Positions 1 through 9,995 are shown, counted from the first letter of the stretch. The stretch: DNA of 64,000 nt from Candidatus Eiseniibacteriota bacterium (GCA_043810925.1 JBDRNT010000106.1:28942-92941); one strand, 5' to 3'. Program-made: numbers and translations. The notes: generated by a model from the letters alone, not told the origin.

Positions 1-984
1 GACGTCACCATGGTGAGTCTCGAATCCCCCGAGGAACTACCAGCCCACGACTGGGAAATCGAAGAGGCACGGGAAGAGGGGATAAAACTTGTGACAGGCT
101 GGGGTCCCGCCCGGGTGGATTCGCAGAACAGCAAGGTAACCGGTCTCACGGTGAAGCGTTGCACACGTGTGTTTGATGAGAAGGGTTGCTTCAGTCCCGC
201 CTACGATGAAGGTGAGACAAAGGAGCTCGCTGCCGATATCGTGATACTCGCAATCGGGCAGGAAGCGTCATCTGGACCCTTTGAGATCTGCGGTCTGTCA
301 CGGGAGCGGACGATTGAAGCTGACGAAGACACGCTCGCCACCAGGGTGGCAAAGGTCTACGCCGGTGGCGATGTCGTAGCCGGACCCGGCAGTGTGATCG
401 AAGCCATCGCCATGGGCCGTAAGGCCGCAATCGAGATCGACAGGGCCCTGGGTGGAGACGGCGACATCGAAGTTGTGCTGACGGACCGGGAGCCTGTGGA
501 ACACCGTCTCGGGAAAGTAGAGAATTTCGCGGCGCTTGACTGCATCAGGCCTGCGACACTTGACGCCGGAAGCCGCACCGGCTCCTTCGCTTCGATAGAG
601 AGAACGCTTACGGCCGATGAGGCCCGCTCGGAAGCGGCCCGGTGTCTTAACTGCCACCTCAGACTTGAAATCACGGGGATAACCCTGCCGCCGCGCGTTG
701 AGCTCCTGTTCGAATTGACGCCTGAGTCCGTAGAAAGCGCTCCTGAGACGGAGGGCGTGTTCCAGCTCTATGACGCCGAGAAAAAGGTGATCTCCATCAC
801 GGGTGTTATGAACCTCAAGGAAAGCCTTACCGAGGTTCTCGAAGAAAACGATACCGCCAGGTTCTTCACGCTTGAGCAGGACCCCATGTACACCAAGCGC
901 GAGAGCGAGCTCATACAGCAATACCTCAAGGAACATGGTGAGCTCCCGGGTGGCGGAGAAGACGATCTTGACGACCTCTTTTGA
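1..984 (+). CDS. FAD/NAD(P)-dependent oxidoreductase (GltD/NfnB/BzdV-like), 5'-partial, with C-terminal degenerate GIY-YIG-like domain
   Basis: Frame is open from the window start. Motifs ADIVILAIGQ, VYAGGDVVAGPGSVIEAIAMGRKAA and EAARCLNC are typical of GltD-like flavoproteins. Extra C-terminal domain APETEGVFQLYDAEKKVISITG. Confidence 0.85.
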   Translation, partial: DVTMVSLESPEELPAHDWEIEEAREEGIKLVTGWGPARVDSQNSKVTGLTVKRCTRVFDEKGCFSPAYDEGETKELAADIVILAIGQEASSGPFEICGLSRERTIEADEDTLATRVAKVYAGGDVVAGPGSVIEAIAMGRKAAIEIDRALGGDGDIEVVLTDREPVEHRLGKVENFAALDCIRPATLDAGSRTGSFASIERTLTADEARSEAARCLNCHLRLEITGITLPPRVELLFELTPESVESAPETEGVFQLYDAEKKVISITGVMNLKESLTEVLEENDTARFFTLEQDPMYTKRESELIQQYLKEHGELPGGGEDDLDDLF

Positions 985-993
985 GGAGGCAAC

Positions 994-1206
994 ATGAGAC
1001 GGCAGCAGGATCTCGAAGGCGAGGGTTGGGAGAGACGGACTACCTACGACGAGCCGCGTCTGTCGGAGATCGCCGAAATGTACGAGCAGATGGGCTTTGA
1101 GGTCCACATCGAACCGTTTGACCCCGCAGAGGAGCCCGGCTGCATCTCGTGCATGAGAGACCACCCCGGGCTTTATAAGACCATCTACACACGCAGGCCT
1201 TCTTGA
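994..1206 (+). CDS. small hypothetical protein with CxxC
   Basis: GAGG RBS directly after the upstream stop; 70 aa with GCISCM; protein-like composition. Confidence 0.7.
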   Translation: MRRQQDLEGEGWERRTTYDEPRLSEIAEMYEQMGFEVHIEPFDPAEEPGCISCMRDHPGLYKTIYTRRPS

Positions 1207-1285
1207 GTAAGCCGCTTCGGCAGCATGACTTTGGATTGAACGACATCCGGTTGAGAGGTATGATCCTCATATGGTAGATGGCGAT

Positions 1286-4207
1286 ATGAACTATAAGCCT
1301 ACGTTCCATGATCTTTACCATTTGATGAAGTTCAAGGTCACCAATATCCTTCTCGTATCCAGTTTCTACGATGCTTTCATTCTGGAGGAGGAGGGTCTCC
1401 TCACAGAACAGATATCGGGGGAGTACCAGGATCTGGCCCTGTCATCTCCTCCCCAGATCGTCAGGGTCCGGTCGGGCAAGGAAGCTCTGAGCGAACTGCG
1501 CCTTGGACGATATGACCTGATCATCACGATGAGTCATATCGCCGACCTGGAGCCTTATGAGTTCGGTAGGAAGGCAAAGGAGATAATAGAGGACATCCCG
1601 GTCGTACTGCTGGCCACCGATCCCGGCGCTCTTTCGATTTTCCACAAACCGGGCGGGGCCCCCGGGATCGACAAGGTATTTTACTGGACCGGTGACGCGG
1701 CCTTGTTCCTGGCCATAACCAAGTATGTCGAAGACCGGGTGAACGTCGAGGCGGATACCGAGCATGGGGTGGTCAAGGCGGTGCTGGTGATTGAGGACTC
1801 CCCCGTGGATTACTCCGGTTTCCTTCCCGTGATCTACACGGAGATAATGAAGCAGACCCAGGCTCTCATAGGAGTGGGTCTCAACGAGCAGGAGAAGTGG
1901 TTCAGAAAGCGAGCCAGACCCAAGATCCTGCTGGCAGAGACATTCGAACAGGGCAAGGAACTCTATGACAGGTATAGAAGGCACCTTCTTGGGATCATCA
2001 CAGATGTCTCATACCGAAGGGGAGACCAGCTGAGAGAGAATGCGGGCTTTCAGTTTGTGGAGGAAGTGGTGGATGACGACATCCCGGTTCTCATCCAATC
2101 CTCACAGCCCGAACACAGGGAGAGGGCGGATCGGCTCAAATTACCTTTCTTCTATAAACGTTCGGAGACGCCGTCGCAGGACCTTCGCGCTTTCCTCAAG
2201 AAGCGCATGGGTTTTGGTGACTTCGTTTTCACGTTGCCTGACGGTAAGCAGATCGCAAAGGCACACGATATAAGTGAGTTTGTGGAGATAGTACAGCAAG
2301 TCCCGCTTGAGTCGGTACGCTACCACGGGACAAGGAACGACTTCTCCCGATGGCTGATGGCCAGGGGGGAGATCGAGATGGCGATGGAGCTAAAGCCCAG
2401 GAAGGTTTCGGACTTCAAGAACGATGAGGAGATGACGGCCTGGCTGCTTAAGGTCATAAAGGAATCAAGGCAGGAGAAGCGGCTCGGCGTGATAACCGAT
2501 TTTTCTCAGGAGGACTTTGATTTCGAACAGACGTTCACACGGCTTGGGGGTGGTTCACTTGGCGGCAAGGGGAGAGGGCTTGCCTTCCTGGCAGCACTGC
2601 TTCACCGGAGCGGTATCAGGAACAAGTTCGGAGATCTTCGGGTCCGCCTGCCGGACACGTTGGTCATAGGAACAGATGTGTTCGACAGTTTCATGGATGA
2701 CAACAATCTCTACGATCTTGTGAACAGGGATCTCTCTGATCGTGAAATCTCCGAGCGCTTCATGGCCGCAGAATTGCCGGCGGATATCAAGGGCTCCCTG
2801 GGCACATTCCTGTCACAAGTGAGAGAACCATTGGCCGTCCGTTCGTCGAGCCTGCTTGAGGATTCTCAGAACCAGCCTTTCGCCGGTGTATATGCCACGT
2901 ACATGCTGCCCAACAACTGTGAGGATGAACCTGTCAGGCTGGATCAGCTGTGCGAGGCGATTAAGCTGGTCTATGCATCCACGTTTTCGAAGAGCGCAAA
3001 GGCATATGCTCATAGTACCATTCACAAGGCCGACGAGAAGATGGCCGTGGTGATTCAGAAGGTTGTCGGGAAGCGCTACGGTGACACCTTCTACCCCATC
3101 TACTCCGGGGTGGGCCAGTCCTACAATTTCTATCCTGTAGCCCCATTGAAGCGAGAAGACGGGATTGTGAGCGCCGCTCTGGGTCTCGGCAAGATCGTGA
3201 TCGAGGGTGGAAAAGTGCTGAGTTTCTCACCCGTTCACCCTGACATACTGCCGGGCCCCTCGGACCCCGAGGAAATCCTGAGGAACACCCAGAGTCATTT
3301 CTACGCGCTTGATCTGAGAAATGCCTGTTTCGATCTGTCGGAAGGAGAGGAAGCAACCCTGAGTAGGCTCAACATCTCCACCGCCGACAGCGACGGCACG
3401 CTGGATTATCTCGCGAGCACCTATGACGCCGATGACAACAGATTGAGGGACGGCGTGGAGGCCCGGGGGCCGAGGGTGATAACATTTGCAGGGATACTCA
3501 AGTACAAGGCCCTGCCACTCGTTGATGTGGTGAGTGAGCTCTTAAGCCTCGGAGAGCGCGGCATGGGCCGTCCGGTGGAGATCGAGTTCGCAGGTACATC
3601 GGGCCCCGATGGAAGACCTGAGTTCTATCTCCTGCAGATTCGGCCGCTGGTGACGCTTCGCGAGCGCCGGCAGGTGGCGATTGAAGAAGAAGAGATCAAG
3701 AACGCGCTCGTCTCAACCAACAGGGCCCTCGGCAATGGGGTGATTGAGGGTTTGCGGGATGTAATTCTGGTTGTTCCCGAGACATTCGATTCCGTGAAAA
3801 CTGTGGAGATAGCCGAGGAGATCGGCAAGATCAACCGGGATCTGGAGGACACTCCCTATATCCTTATCGGTCCTGGTCGTTGGGGTACCCGGGACAGGTT
3901 CCTGGGAGTTCCCGTAAGATGGGATCAGATTTCAGGAGCCAGAACCATAATCGAGGTATCGCTTAAGGACTTCAGAGTGGACCCATCCCACGGGACGCAC
4001 TTCTTCCATAACATGACATCGCTCGGGATCATGTACCTAACGATACCCTATGGCAGGCGGGAAGCCTTCGTTGACTGGGACCGGCTGAACAGCGGTCAGA
4101 CGACCAACGTTGGGAAATACGTGAAGCACATCAGGTTCCAGTCTCCGCTTGTCGTTAAGGTGGACGGCAGGAGTGGAAGAGGTGTGATACGGCCGGCGGC
4201 CGGTTAA
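1286..4207 (+). CDS. receiver-like domains + PEP/pyruvate-binding (PPDK_N/PEP synthase-like) ATP-grasp protein
   Basis: GGGSLGGKGRGLAF, LAVRSSSLLEDS, FAGVYAT, EIEFA and LLQIRP motifs; N-terminal REC-like segments; C-terminal GPGRWG...GTHFFHN. Start could be 1271. Confidence 0.85.
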   Translation: MNYKPTFHDLYHLMKFKVTNILLVSSFYDAFILEEEGLLTEQISGEYQDLALSSPPQIVRVRSGKEALSELRLGRYDLIITMSHIADLEPYEFGRKAKEIIEDIPVVLLATDPGALSIFHKPGGAPGIDKVFYWTGDAALFLAITKYVEDRVNVEADTEHGVVKAVLVIEDSPVDYSGFLPVIYTEIMKQTQALIGVGLNEQEKWFRKRARPKILLAETFEQGKELYDRYRRHLLGIITDVSYRRGDQLRENAGFQFVEEVVDDDIPVLIQSSQPEHRERADRLKLPFFYKRSETPSQDLRAFLKKRMGFGDFVFTLPDGKQIAKAHDISEFVEIVQQVPLESVRYHGTRNDFSRWLMARGEIEMAMELKPRKVSDFKNDEEMTAWLLKVIKESRQEKRLGVITDFSQEDFDFEQTFTRLGGGSLGGKGRGLAFLAALLHRSGIRNKFGDLRVRLPDTLVIGTDVFDSFMDDNNLYDLVNRDLSDREISERFMAAELPADIKGSLGTFLSQVREPLAVRSSSLLEDSQNQPFAGVYATYMLPNNCEDEPVRLDQLCEAIKLVYASTFSKSAKAYAHSTIHKADEKMAVVIQKVVGKRYGDTFYPIYSGVGQSYNFYPVAPLKREDGIVSAALGLGKIVIEGGKVLSFSPVHPDILPGPSDPEEILRNTQSHFYALDLRNACFDLSEGEEATLSRLNISTADSDGTLDYLASTYDADDNRLRDGVEARGPRVITFAGILKYKALPLVDVVSELLSLGERGMGRPVEIEFAGTSGPDGRPEFYLLQIRPLVTLRERRQVAIEEEEIKNALVSTNRALGNGVIEGLRDVILVVPETFDSVKTVEIAEEIGKINRDLEDTPYILIGPGRWGTRDRFLGVPVRWDQISGARTIIEVSLKDFRVDPSHGTHFFHNMTSLGIMYLTIPYGRREAFVDWDRLNSGQTTNVGKYVKHIRFQSPLVVKVDGRSGRGVIRPAAG

Positions 4208-4280
4208 GGCGACAAAGCCTGTCATGGTGAAAGATCGGTGAATGTCCCCCGTTTGTGCCCCGCCCTAATGACGTATAAAC

Positions 4281-4444
4281 CTTGATTCCGGCAGGTTTTC
4301 CTTGACTTTTTTCAACATTCCTTGTTAAATTTGTCAAACTTAGACGGTGCCCAGCGTCTATCTACGTAAGTGACTCTTCTTAAGGTTTTAGCTTTGCCCG
4401 CACACGGACGGTGATTGCAAAGCGATCACAATGGAGGTAGAACC
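4281..4444 (+). promoter_or_regulatory. putative sigma70 promoter and structured leader, copy 1
   Basis: TTGACT (4302), TG-n-TAAATT (4326), hairpin TAGACG-N8-CGTCTA (4341-4360), GGAGG RBS; colinear with 5894-6058. Confidence 0.5.
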
Positions 4445-5869
4445 ATGACGTGCTTGAGCAAAGTGATCTGTTTCGTACTTGGGCTGTTCTGTATGACTCT
4501 TCTTTCAGGGCCGGCGATGGCCTCCGACATCCCGATTTCAACTGACACCGAGATCAAACACGCAGAGGATACGGGCGGAGAGGGAATCCGCATATTCGAC
4601 ATATTCCCTAGAAAGGACGGTACTCGCAGCCGGGCCAGGAACGAGATCCGTCTCATAATGCAGTCTCCTGTTTCGGTAAGGGAGCGCATTGCCGACGGGA
4701 ATTATCCCGACCACTACGGCATGATCGGATCCAACCGTGGTGGTTGGGTGTGTGCCGCTTTTCAGCGTGGTGGAATGCTCCGCCTCATGCTCTCGGCAGT
4801 AAACGGTGACGAATGGGCGGTAACTGACTCCTGGCGTGCGATTGACGCAGCCTTCCGCTACCAGAATCCCGATGGGAGTTTCCAGATCGGTGGTGGCATA
4901 TACGCTGATTATCTTGATCGCCTGAACGATGTATCTTTCTGGTTGGCGAAGTTGAGCCACGCAATCCTGATTCTCCAGGCAAGCGATCTCGGTCCTGCGT
5001 TCGAAAGCAGGATCCAGGCGCTGCTTCCGAAGATCGAGTTATCGGCCTTGTACCTCGCGGATGGTGTGGACGTCCTTTCACACGGTGATCGCGATGCGCC
5101 AAACCGTCTCTTCTTCCATGCGGGTGCGCTCGGGTTTTCGGGGGCCCTCATTGATAACCAGCAGCTGATTGAGCTCGGGCGGCGACTCGCGGCAGAGGGT
5201 ATGGCGTTGCAGCGCGCGGACGGTGCCTACCTTGAGTTGGGCGGTCACGACTCGGGTTATCAAGGCGTATCGCTCCTGCAGTTCCAGCAGTACACATTTC
5301 ATTTCCCGGGCGCCGCCGCAGATGCTTCGCTCCTTCTTGGTGCACAGTGGGAAGAAACACGCATTCTGCCGAACGGCCAGGTGGATACGACTGGAAACAC
5401 ACGAACCGGCGTATGGGGTAAGCAGGTCGCCTACATTGAGGTAATGATGGGACTGCTTTATGCCGGGGGGGCACAAGATTACTACCCTGCCGTAGATGCC
5501 GGGCTGCGCTGCTACAGTTATTTCTACCACGTGCCGGTTCCGACCATGGATATCGCCGATCACACAGATATTGATGGTGAAAGGTTTGATCCGTCGATTC
5601 TTCTGGACCAGAACTATCCAAATCCGTTCAGGGAGACGACAAACATCAGCTACACTCTTACATCCGGGCAGAATGTGCGGATGGCGATATATAACACGCT
5701 CGGCCAGCGGGTACGTACGCTTGCCGACGGGTACTGCCGGAGAGGCAACTCCCAGGTTACGTGGGACTCCAGGGATGATGCAGGAAACCAGGTATCGCCG
5801 GGTGTCTACGTGATCAGGCTTGAGACTCCGTTTGCCAGCGAGACCCGGAAGTTGTCCCTGGTCGAATAG
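4445..5869 (+). CDS. secreted protein of unknown function with C-terminal FlgD-Ig/T9SS-like domain, paralog 1
   Basis: Signal peptide; C-terminal QNYPNPF...VTWDSRDDAGNQVSPGVYVIRL; GGAGG RBS before ATG 4445. Confidence 0.85.
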   Translation: MTCLSKVICFVLGLFCMTLLSGPAMASDIPISTDTEIKHAEDTGGEGIRIFDIFPRKDGTRSRARNEIRLIMQSPVSVRERIADGNYPDHYGMIGSNRGGWVCAAFQRGGMLRLMLSAVNGDEWAVTDSWRAIDAAFRYQNPDGSFQIGGGIYADYLDRLNDVSFWLAKLSHAILILQASDLGPAFESRIQALLPKIELSALYLADGVDVLSHGDRDAPNRLFFHAGALGFSGALIDNQQLIELGRRLAAEGMALQRADGAYLELGGHDSGYQGVSLLQFQQYTFHFPGAAADASLLLGAQWEETRILPNGQVDTTGNTRTGVWGKQVAYIEVMMGLLYAGGAQDYYPAVDAGLRCYSYFYHVPVPTMDIADHTDIDGERFDPSILLDQNYPNPFRETTNISYTLTSGQNVRMAIYNTLGQRVRTLADGYCRRGNSQVTWDSRDDAGNQVSPGVYVIRLETPFASETRKLSLVE

Positions 5870-5893
5870 GGCGGCGAGATCCGGGGCACAAGC

Positions 5894-6058
5894 CTTGATT
5901 GCTCTGGATTGAGCTTGACTTCTTTGAGCATCACTTGTTATTTTTGCCGGACTTAGACGAAGCCCAACGTCTATCTATGTAAGTGTCTCTTCAAACCTGT
6001 TTATGTTTTGCCCGCACACGGAAGGTGATTGCACGGTGACTGCATTGGAGGTTATACC
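5894..6058 (+). promoter_or_regulatory. putative promoter and structured leader, copy 2
   Basis: TTGACT (5915), TG-n-TATTTT (5939), hairpin TAGACG-N8-CGTCTA (5954-5973), TTTGCCCGCACACGGA conserved with copy 1. Confidence 0.5.
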
Positions 6059-7411
6059 ATGATGTGCCAGCGCAAAGCGACCGGTCTTGGGCTCGGCTTG
6101 TTGACTCTTGTTCTAATGTCGTCTCCTGCAGTGGCTTCGGGCACATCGCCTTACGCGGCTGCAGAGATTCAGCTGATACAGGACATGCCTCAGTACATCA
6201 TGGACCGTCTGGATAACGGTAATCATCCCGACCAGAACGGTATGATCGGGTATAACCGCGACGGTTGGTTGTTTGTAGGTTTTCAACGTGGAGGGATGCT
6301 CTATCTTCTGTACTCGGCCGTAGACGGCGATGAAGCCGGGGCCAATGATGCGTGGCGTGCGATCGATGCCGCATTCTACTACCAGCGACCGGACGGCAGT
6401 TTCCATATCGGCCATCCCATGGGGCCCTACATTGCGCGGGTCGACAGTCTCAACGATGTGTCTTTCTGGCTGGCGAAACTGTGCCACGCACTGGTGGTCC
6501 TCCAGGCGAGCCCTCTCGGCCCTGCATTCGAAAGCAGGATCCAGGCATTGCTCCCCAAGATCGAGCTCTCGGCGCTCTGGCTTGCCGACGGTGTCGATGT
6601 GCTCGCATATGGCGATTCTGAAGCGCCCAACCGGCTTTTCTTCCATGCATGTGCATTTGGCTTTGCCGGTATTCTCCTCGGCAATACAGAGCTGATCGCG
6701 CTCGGGCAGCAGTTTGTGGCACAGGGTCTTGGGGTCCAGCGTGAGGATGGGGTCTTCCTCGAGCTTGGAGGACATGATTCAAGCTACCAGGGGGTCTCAC
6801 TCCTCCAGCTCCAGCAGTACGAGATCCACTTCCCGCGTCCTCCCTACAAAGCTGCGATCCAGCTCGGTGCGGCATGGGAGGTCACACGGGTCACGTTGAC
6901 CGGAGAGATAGACTGTACGGATAACACGCGAACCGGTCTCGGCCAGGAGGACTTTATTGATGGGAGCAAGGAGGTGGCCTACATCGAGGTACTCCTCGGC
7001 CTCCTCTATTGCGGTGAGGCTCAGAACCACGGTCTTTCCACTGCCGCCGCGATACGCATCTTCGATTATCTTTCCGGTGGATCAACCGGGGCGGGAGTGG
7101 ACGATGTCAGTCCGGACGGCGAACCGTTACAGCCGTCGATTGTCCTCCACCACGGCTGCCCGAACCCCTTCAGCGGCACGACAACGATCGGGTACACGCT
7201 TGCCTCAGGACAGAGTGTGAGAATGGCCGTCTACGATATGCTCGGCCGGCGCGTACGTACCCTGGTTAACGGGCAGCGTCCTGAGGGCTACTCCCGGGTG
7301 ATCTGGGATTCAACGGACGATGCAGGGAATCCGGTGTCTCCGGGGGTCTACGTGATTAGCCTTGAGGGTCCCGGCAGCACTCAGACACGCAAGGTCTTGC
7401 TTGTAGAGTAG
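6059..7411 (+). CDS. secreted protein of unknown function with C-terminal FlgD-Ig/T9SS-like domain, paralog 2
   Basis: Signal peptide; shares long identical blocks with 4445-5869 (LNDVSFWLAKL, APNRLFFHA, LELGGHDS.YQGVSLLQ); CPNPF...WDSTDDAGNPVSPGVY C-terminal domain. Confidence 0.85.
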   Translation: MMCQRKATGLGLGLLTLVLMSSPAVASGTSPYAAAEIQLIQDMPQYIMDRLDNGNHPDQNGMIGYNRDGWLFVGFQRGGMLYLLYSAVDGDEAGANDAWRAIDAAFYYQRPDGSFHIGHPMGPYIARVDSLNDVSFWLAKLCHALVVLQASPLGPAFESRIQALLPKIELSALWLADGVDVLAYGDSEAPNRLFFHACAFGFAGILLGNTELIALGQQFVAQGLGVQREDGVFLELGGHDSSYQGVSLLQLQQYEIHFPRPPYKAAIQLGAAWEVTRVTLTGEIDCTDNTRTGLGQEDFIDGSKEVAYIEVLLGLLYCGEAQNHGLSTAAAIRIFDYLSGGSTGAGVDDVSPDGEPLQPSIVLHHGCPNPFSGTTTIGYTLASGQSVRMAVYDMLGRRVRTLVNGQRPEGYSRVIWDSTDDAGNPVSPGVYVISLEGPGSTQTRKVLLVE

Positions 7412-7417
7412 TGTGCT

Positions 7418-8248
7418 CTATTCCTTCGCCAGTGAGTCGACCAGTTTCTTCCATTCTGCGGTGAATTCCTTCTTCTCGATATTCTGAAGCTCACCCAGTA
7501 TGGTTTTCTGGTTCCGCTGTTTCTCTTCATCACTGAGGCGTTCGTAGTCACCCTTGAGGATCGTGGCATCCTTGAACCAGTCCCAGTTGTCCTTCGTATC
7601 TTCTATTTCATTCTTCTTGCCGAAGCCTGTAGGACAGGCGATCAGGATCTCGACAAAGGCGAAGCCCTTCTTCTTAAGCGCCTTCCTTATGCTGGCGGTG
7701 GTTTCATAAGGATAGCTCGGAAGCCAGCGTGCGACATACGATGCCCCCGCACCGATGGCCAGGTTCGCAAGATCGAACGGCTGCTCCACGCAACCGAAGG
7801 GAGACGTCGTGGTCAGGCCCCCGACCGGCGTAGTCGGTGAAGCCTGGCCTCCGGTCATGCCGTAGTTATAATTGTTGATCTCGATCACGGTCATATCTAC
7901 GTTTCGCCTGGCGGCGTGGATGAAATGGTTTCCCCCTATCCCGGCACAATCTCCGTCACCCGTAAAGACGACCACGTTGAGTTCGGGTCGGGCCAGCTTC
8001 ACACCCGTGGCGAAGGTAAGCGCCCGGCCGTGGGTGGTGTGTAGACCGTCGGCATCTATGTAGCCGGGCAGACGGGACGAGCACCCGATGCCTGAAAGGA
8101 AGACCACGTCGTCCAAGTCAATACGGCACTCATCGAGCGCGCGAAGCGTATAGTTCAGGACGTTGCCGATGCCACAGCCTGTACAGAAGATCGAAGGATA
8201 CATCTCGGGGCGCAGGTACTTCTTTATGCGCTCAGCCTTGTTAAACAT
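7418..8248 (-). CDS. korB: 2-oxoacid:ferredoxin oxidoreductase beta subunit (copy 2)
   Basis: FCTGCG, SGIGCSSR, HTTHGRA, GDGD TPP motif, NNYNYGMTGGQ. Confidence 0.92.
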   Translation of the reverse strand: MFNKAERIKKYLRPEMYPSIFCTGCGIGNVLNYTLRALDECRIDLDDVVFLSGIGCSSRLPGYIDADGLHTTHGRALTFATGVKLARPELNVVVFTGDGDCAGIGGNHFIHAARRNVDMTVIEINNYNYGMTGGQASPTTPVGGLTTTSPFGCVEQPFDLANLAIGAGASYVARWLPSYPYETTASIRKALKKKGFAFVEILIACPTGFGKKNEIEDTKDNWDWFKDATILKGDYERLSDEEKQRNQKTILGELQNIEKKEFTAEWKKLVDSLAKE

Positions 8249-8255
8249 CCGCTCT

Positions 8256-9422
8256 TCACTCCTTCAGTGCAGCTGCGATCTCCTGGGGCGAATGCATGAT
8301 TCCACCTATCTTGGGAAGTTTGATCACTTCAGCATTGTGACCCACTGCTTCTCTCACTTTGTGGTAAATCTGGCCGAGGTTCATCTCAGGTACGACTATC
8401 TTCTTTACGGATTCACCTAACCGCTGGAGCACCTTCTCAGGGAAAGGCCAGATGGTTACAAGCCGGAGGTAACCGACCTTCCTGCCTTCGGCACGGAGCA
8501 TCTTCGCTGCGTACGCCGCAGCCCGCGAGGTGATCCCGTAGCTAACGATAACGCTGTCGGCATCGTCCAGGTAAAGCTCCTCGACGCGGGTGAGTTTCTC
8601 GGTATCGTCGGATATCTTCCCGCAAAGCCGCCTTATGAGCTGCGTGTGAATCTCGGCGTCGTCGGTCGAGGGAAGCCCGCTCGGCTTATGCGTCAGACCC
8701 GTGTAGTAGGTGTGGTATCCAGTTCCGAAGTCGGCGAGCCGCGGGATCTTCCCGCTCTCGGGAAGGAATGGGATGTAGTCAGCCGGTGCCTTTGAAGGCC
8801 GGGTTCGCTCGATGATCTCATACTCTCCATGATCCGGGATGGTGATGCCTTCGCGCATATGCCCGACTTCGCCGTCGGTCATGAGTAGCACAGGGTTACG
8901 GTACTTCTCGGCGAGATTGAAACACTCTATCGTGAGATCGAGCGACTCCTGAACCGAGTTGGGTGAGAGGGCTATGATTTCATAATCGCCGTGCGATCCC
9001 CACTTCGCCTGCATGATATCGCCCTGCGAGGGTTCGGTCGGCTGACCGGTTGAAGGCCCGGAACGCTGGACGTTTACGACAACGCAGGGGGTCTCGGTCA
9101 TAAAGGCATAGCCGATGTTCTCCTGCATGAGCGAGAAGCCCGGTCCGGAGGTTACGGTCATTGACTTCACCCCGGCAAGCGAAGCCCCTATGATCGCTCC
9201 CATGCTGGCGATCTCATCTTCCATCTGAACATAAGCGCCGCCTATTCGGGGCAGGAGCTGCGACATCACTTCTGCAGATTCGGTCGCGGGTGTGATCGGA
9301 TAGCCGGCAAAGAAACGGCAACCGGCCAAGAGAGCCCCAAATGCATATGCTTCGTCACCCTGGGCAAAGAGCCGCTTCTTACCTATTGCCTTGATCACCC
9401 GATCGTATTCGGTACGGTCCAC
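8256..9422 (-). CDS. korA: 2-oxoacid:ferredoxin oxidoreductase alpha subunit (copy 2)
   Basis: AGYPITPA, QMEDEIAS, TSGPGFSLMQE, QRSGPSTG. Confidence 0.92.
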   Translation of the reverse strand: MDRTEYDRVIKAIGKKRLFAQGDEAYAFGALLAGCRFFAGYPITPATESAEVMSQLLPRIGGAYVQMEDEIASMGAIIGASLAGVKSMTVTSGPGFSLMQENIGYAFMTETPCVVVNVQRSGPSTGQPTEPSQGDIMQAKWGSHGDYEIIALSPNSVQESLDLTIECFNLAEKYRNPVLLMTDGEVGHMREGITIPDHGEYEIIERTRPSKAPADYIPFLPESGKIPRLADFGTGYHTYYTGLTHKPSGLPSTDDAEIHTQLIRRLCGKISDDTEKLTRVEELYLDDADSVIVSYGITSRAAAYAAKMLRAEGRKVGYLRLVTIWPFPEKVLQRLGESVKKIVVPEMNLGQIYHKVREAVGHNAEVIKLPKIGGIMHSPQEIAAALKE

Positions 9423-9952
9423 TAGTTGTTTCCTTCTTGTTTCGCCAGTTCAACGCCTTTGTTAAAGGCCCGGACATTGATATCGATAGTATGCCTGGGC
9501 ACCTTGTCCCTGATCGTCGCTTCCATGGACTCCGGCGCCATCACCCCGGTTGATGCCACAAGGTAGCCCAGCATCACCGAGTTGGCGACCATCCGCTTGC
9601 CAAGATCGTCCGCGGTTCTGGTGAAGGGAACACAATAGACGTCCTCGCTCTCCGCCTCGACCAGGTCGGCGTCCACGATGACCTTGCCGTCGGCCCTTAC
9701 GGTGGAGCGATACTTGTCGAACGCGGTTTGAGAGAGCGCAACCAGAATGTCGGCTTCGATCACCTTGGGGTAGTCTATCGCCTCATCCGACACCACAACC
9801 TCGCTACGGGCGGCACCTCCACGTGATTCAGGACCGTACGACTGGGTCTGGACCGCTCGCTTGCCGTCGAGGATGGCAGCCTCACCCAGGAGTCGCCCCG
9901 CCAGCACAACACCCTGGCCTCCGAAACCGGCGACACGGATTTCTATTCTCAT
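9422..9952 (-). CDS. korC: 2-oxoacid:ferredoxin oxidoreductase gamma subunit (copy 2)
   Basis: AGFGGQGVVLAG, QSYGPESRGG. Confidence 0.9.
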   Translation of the reverse strand: MRIEIRVAGFGGQGVVLAGRLLGEAAILDGKRAVQTQSYGPESRGGAARSEVVVSDEAIDYPKVIEADILVALSQTAFDKYRSTVRADGKVIVDADLVEAESEDVYCVPFTRTADDLGKRMVANSVMLGYLVASTGVMAPESMEATIRDKVPRHTIDINVRAFNKGVELAKQEGNN

Positions 9953-9995
9953 TCGAGCACCTTGACGTTTCTGATGGCGATTCGAGTCACCCGGG

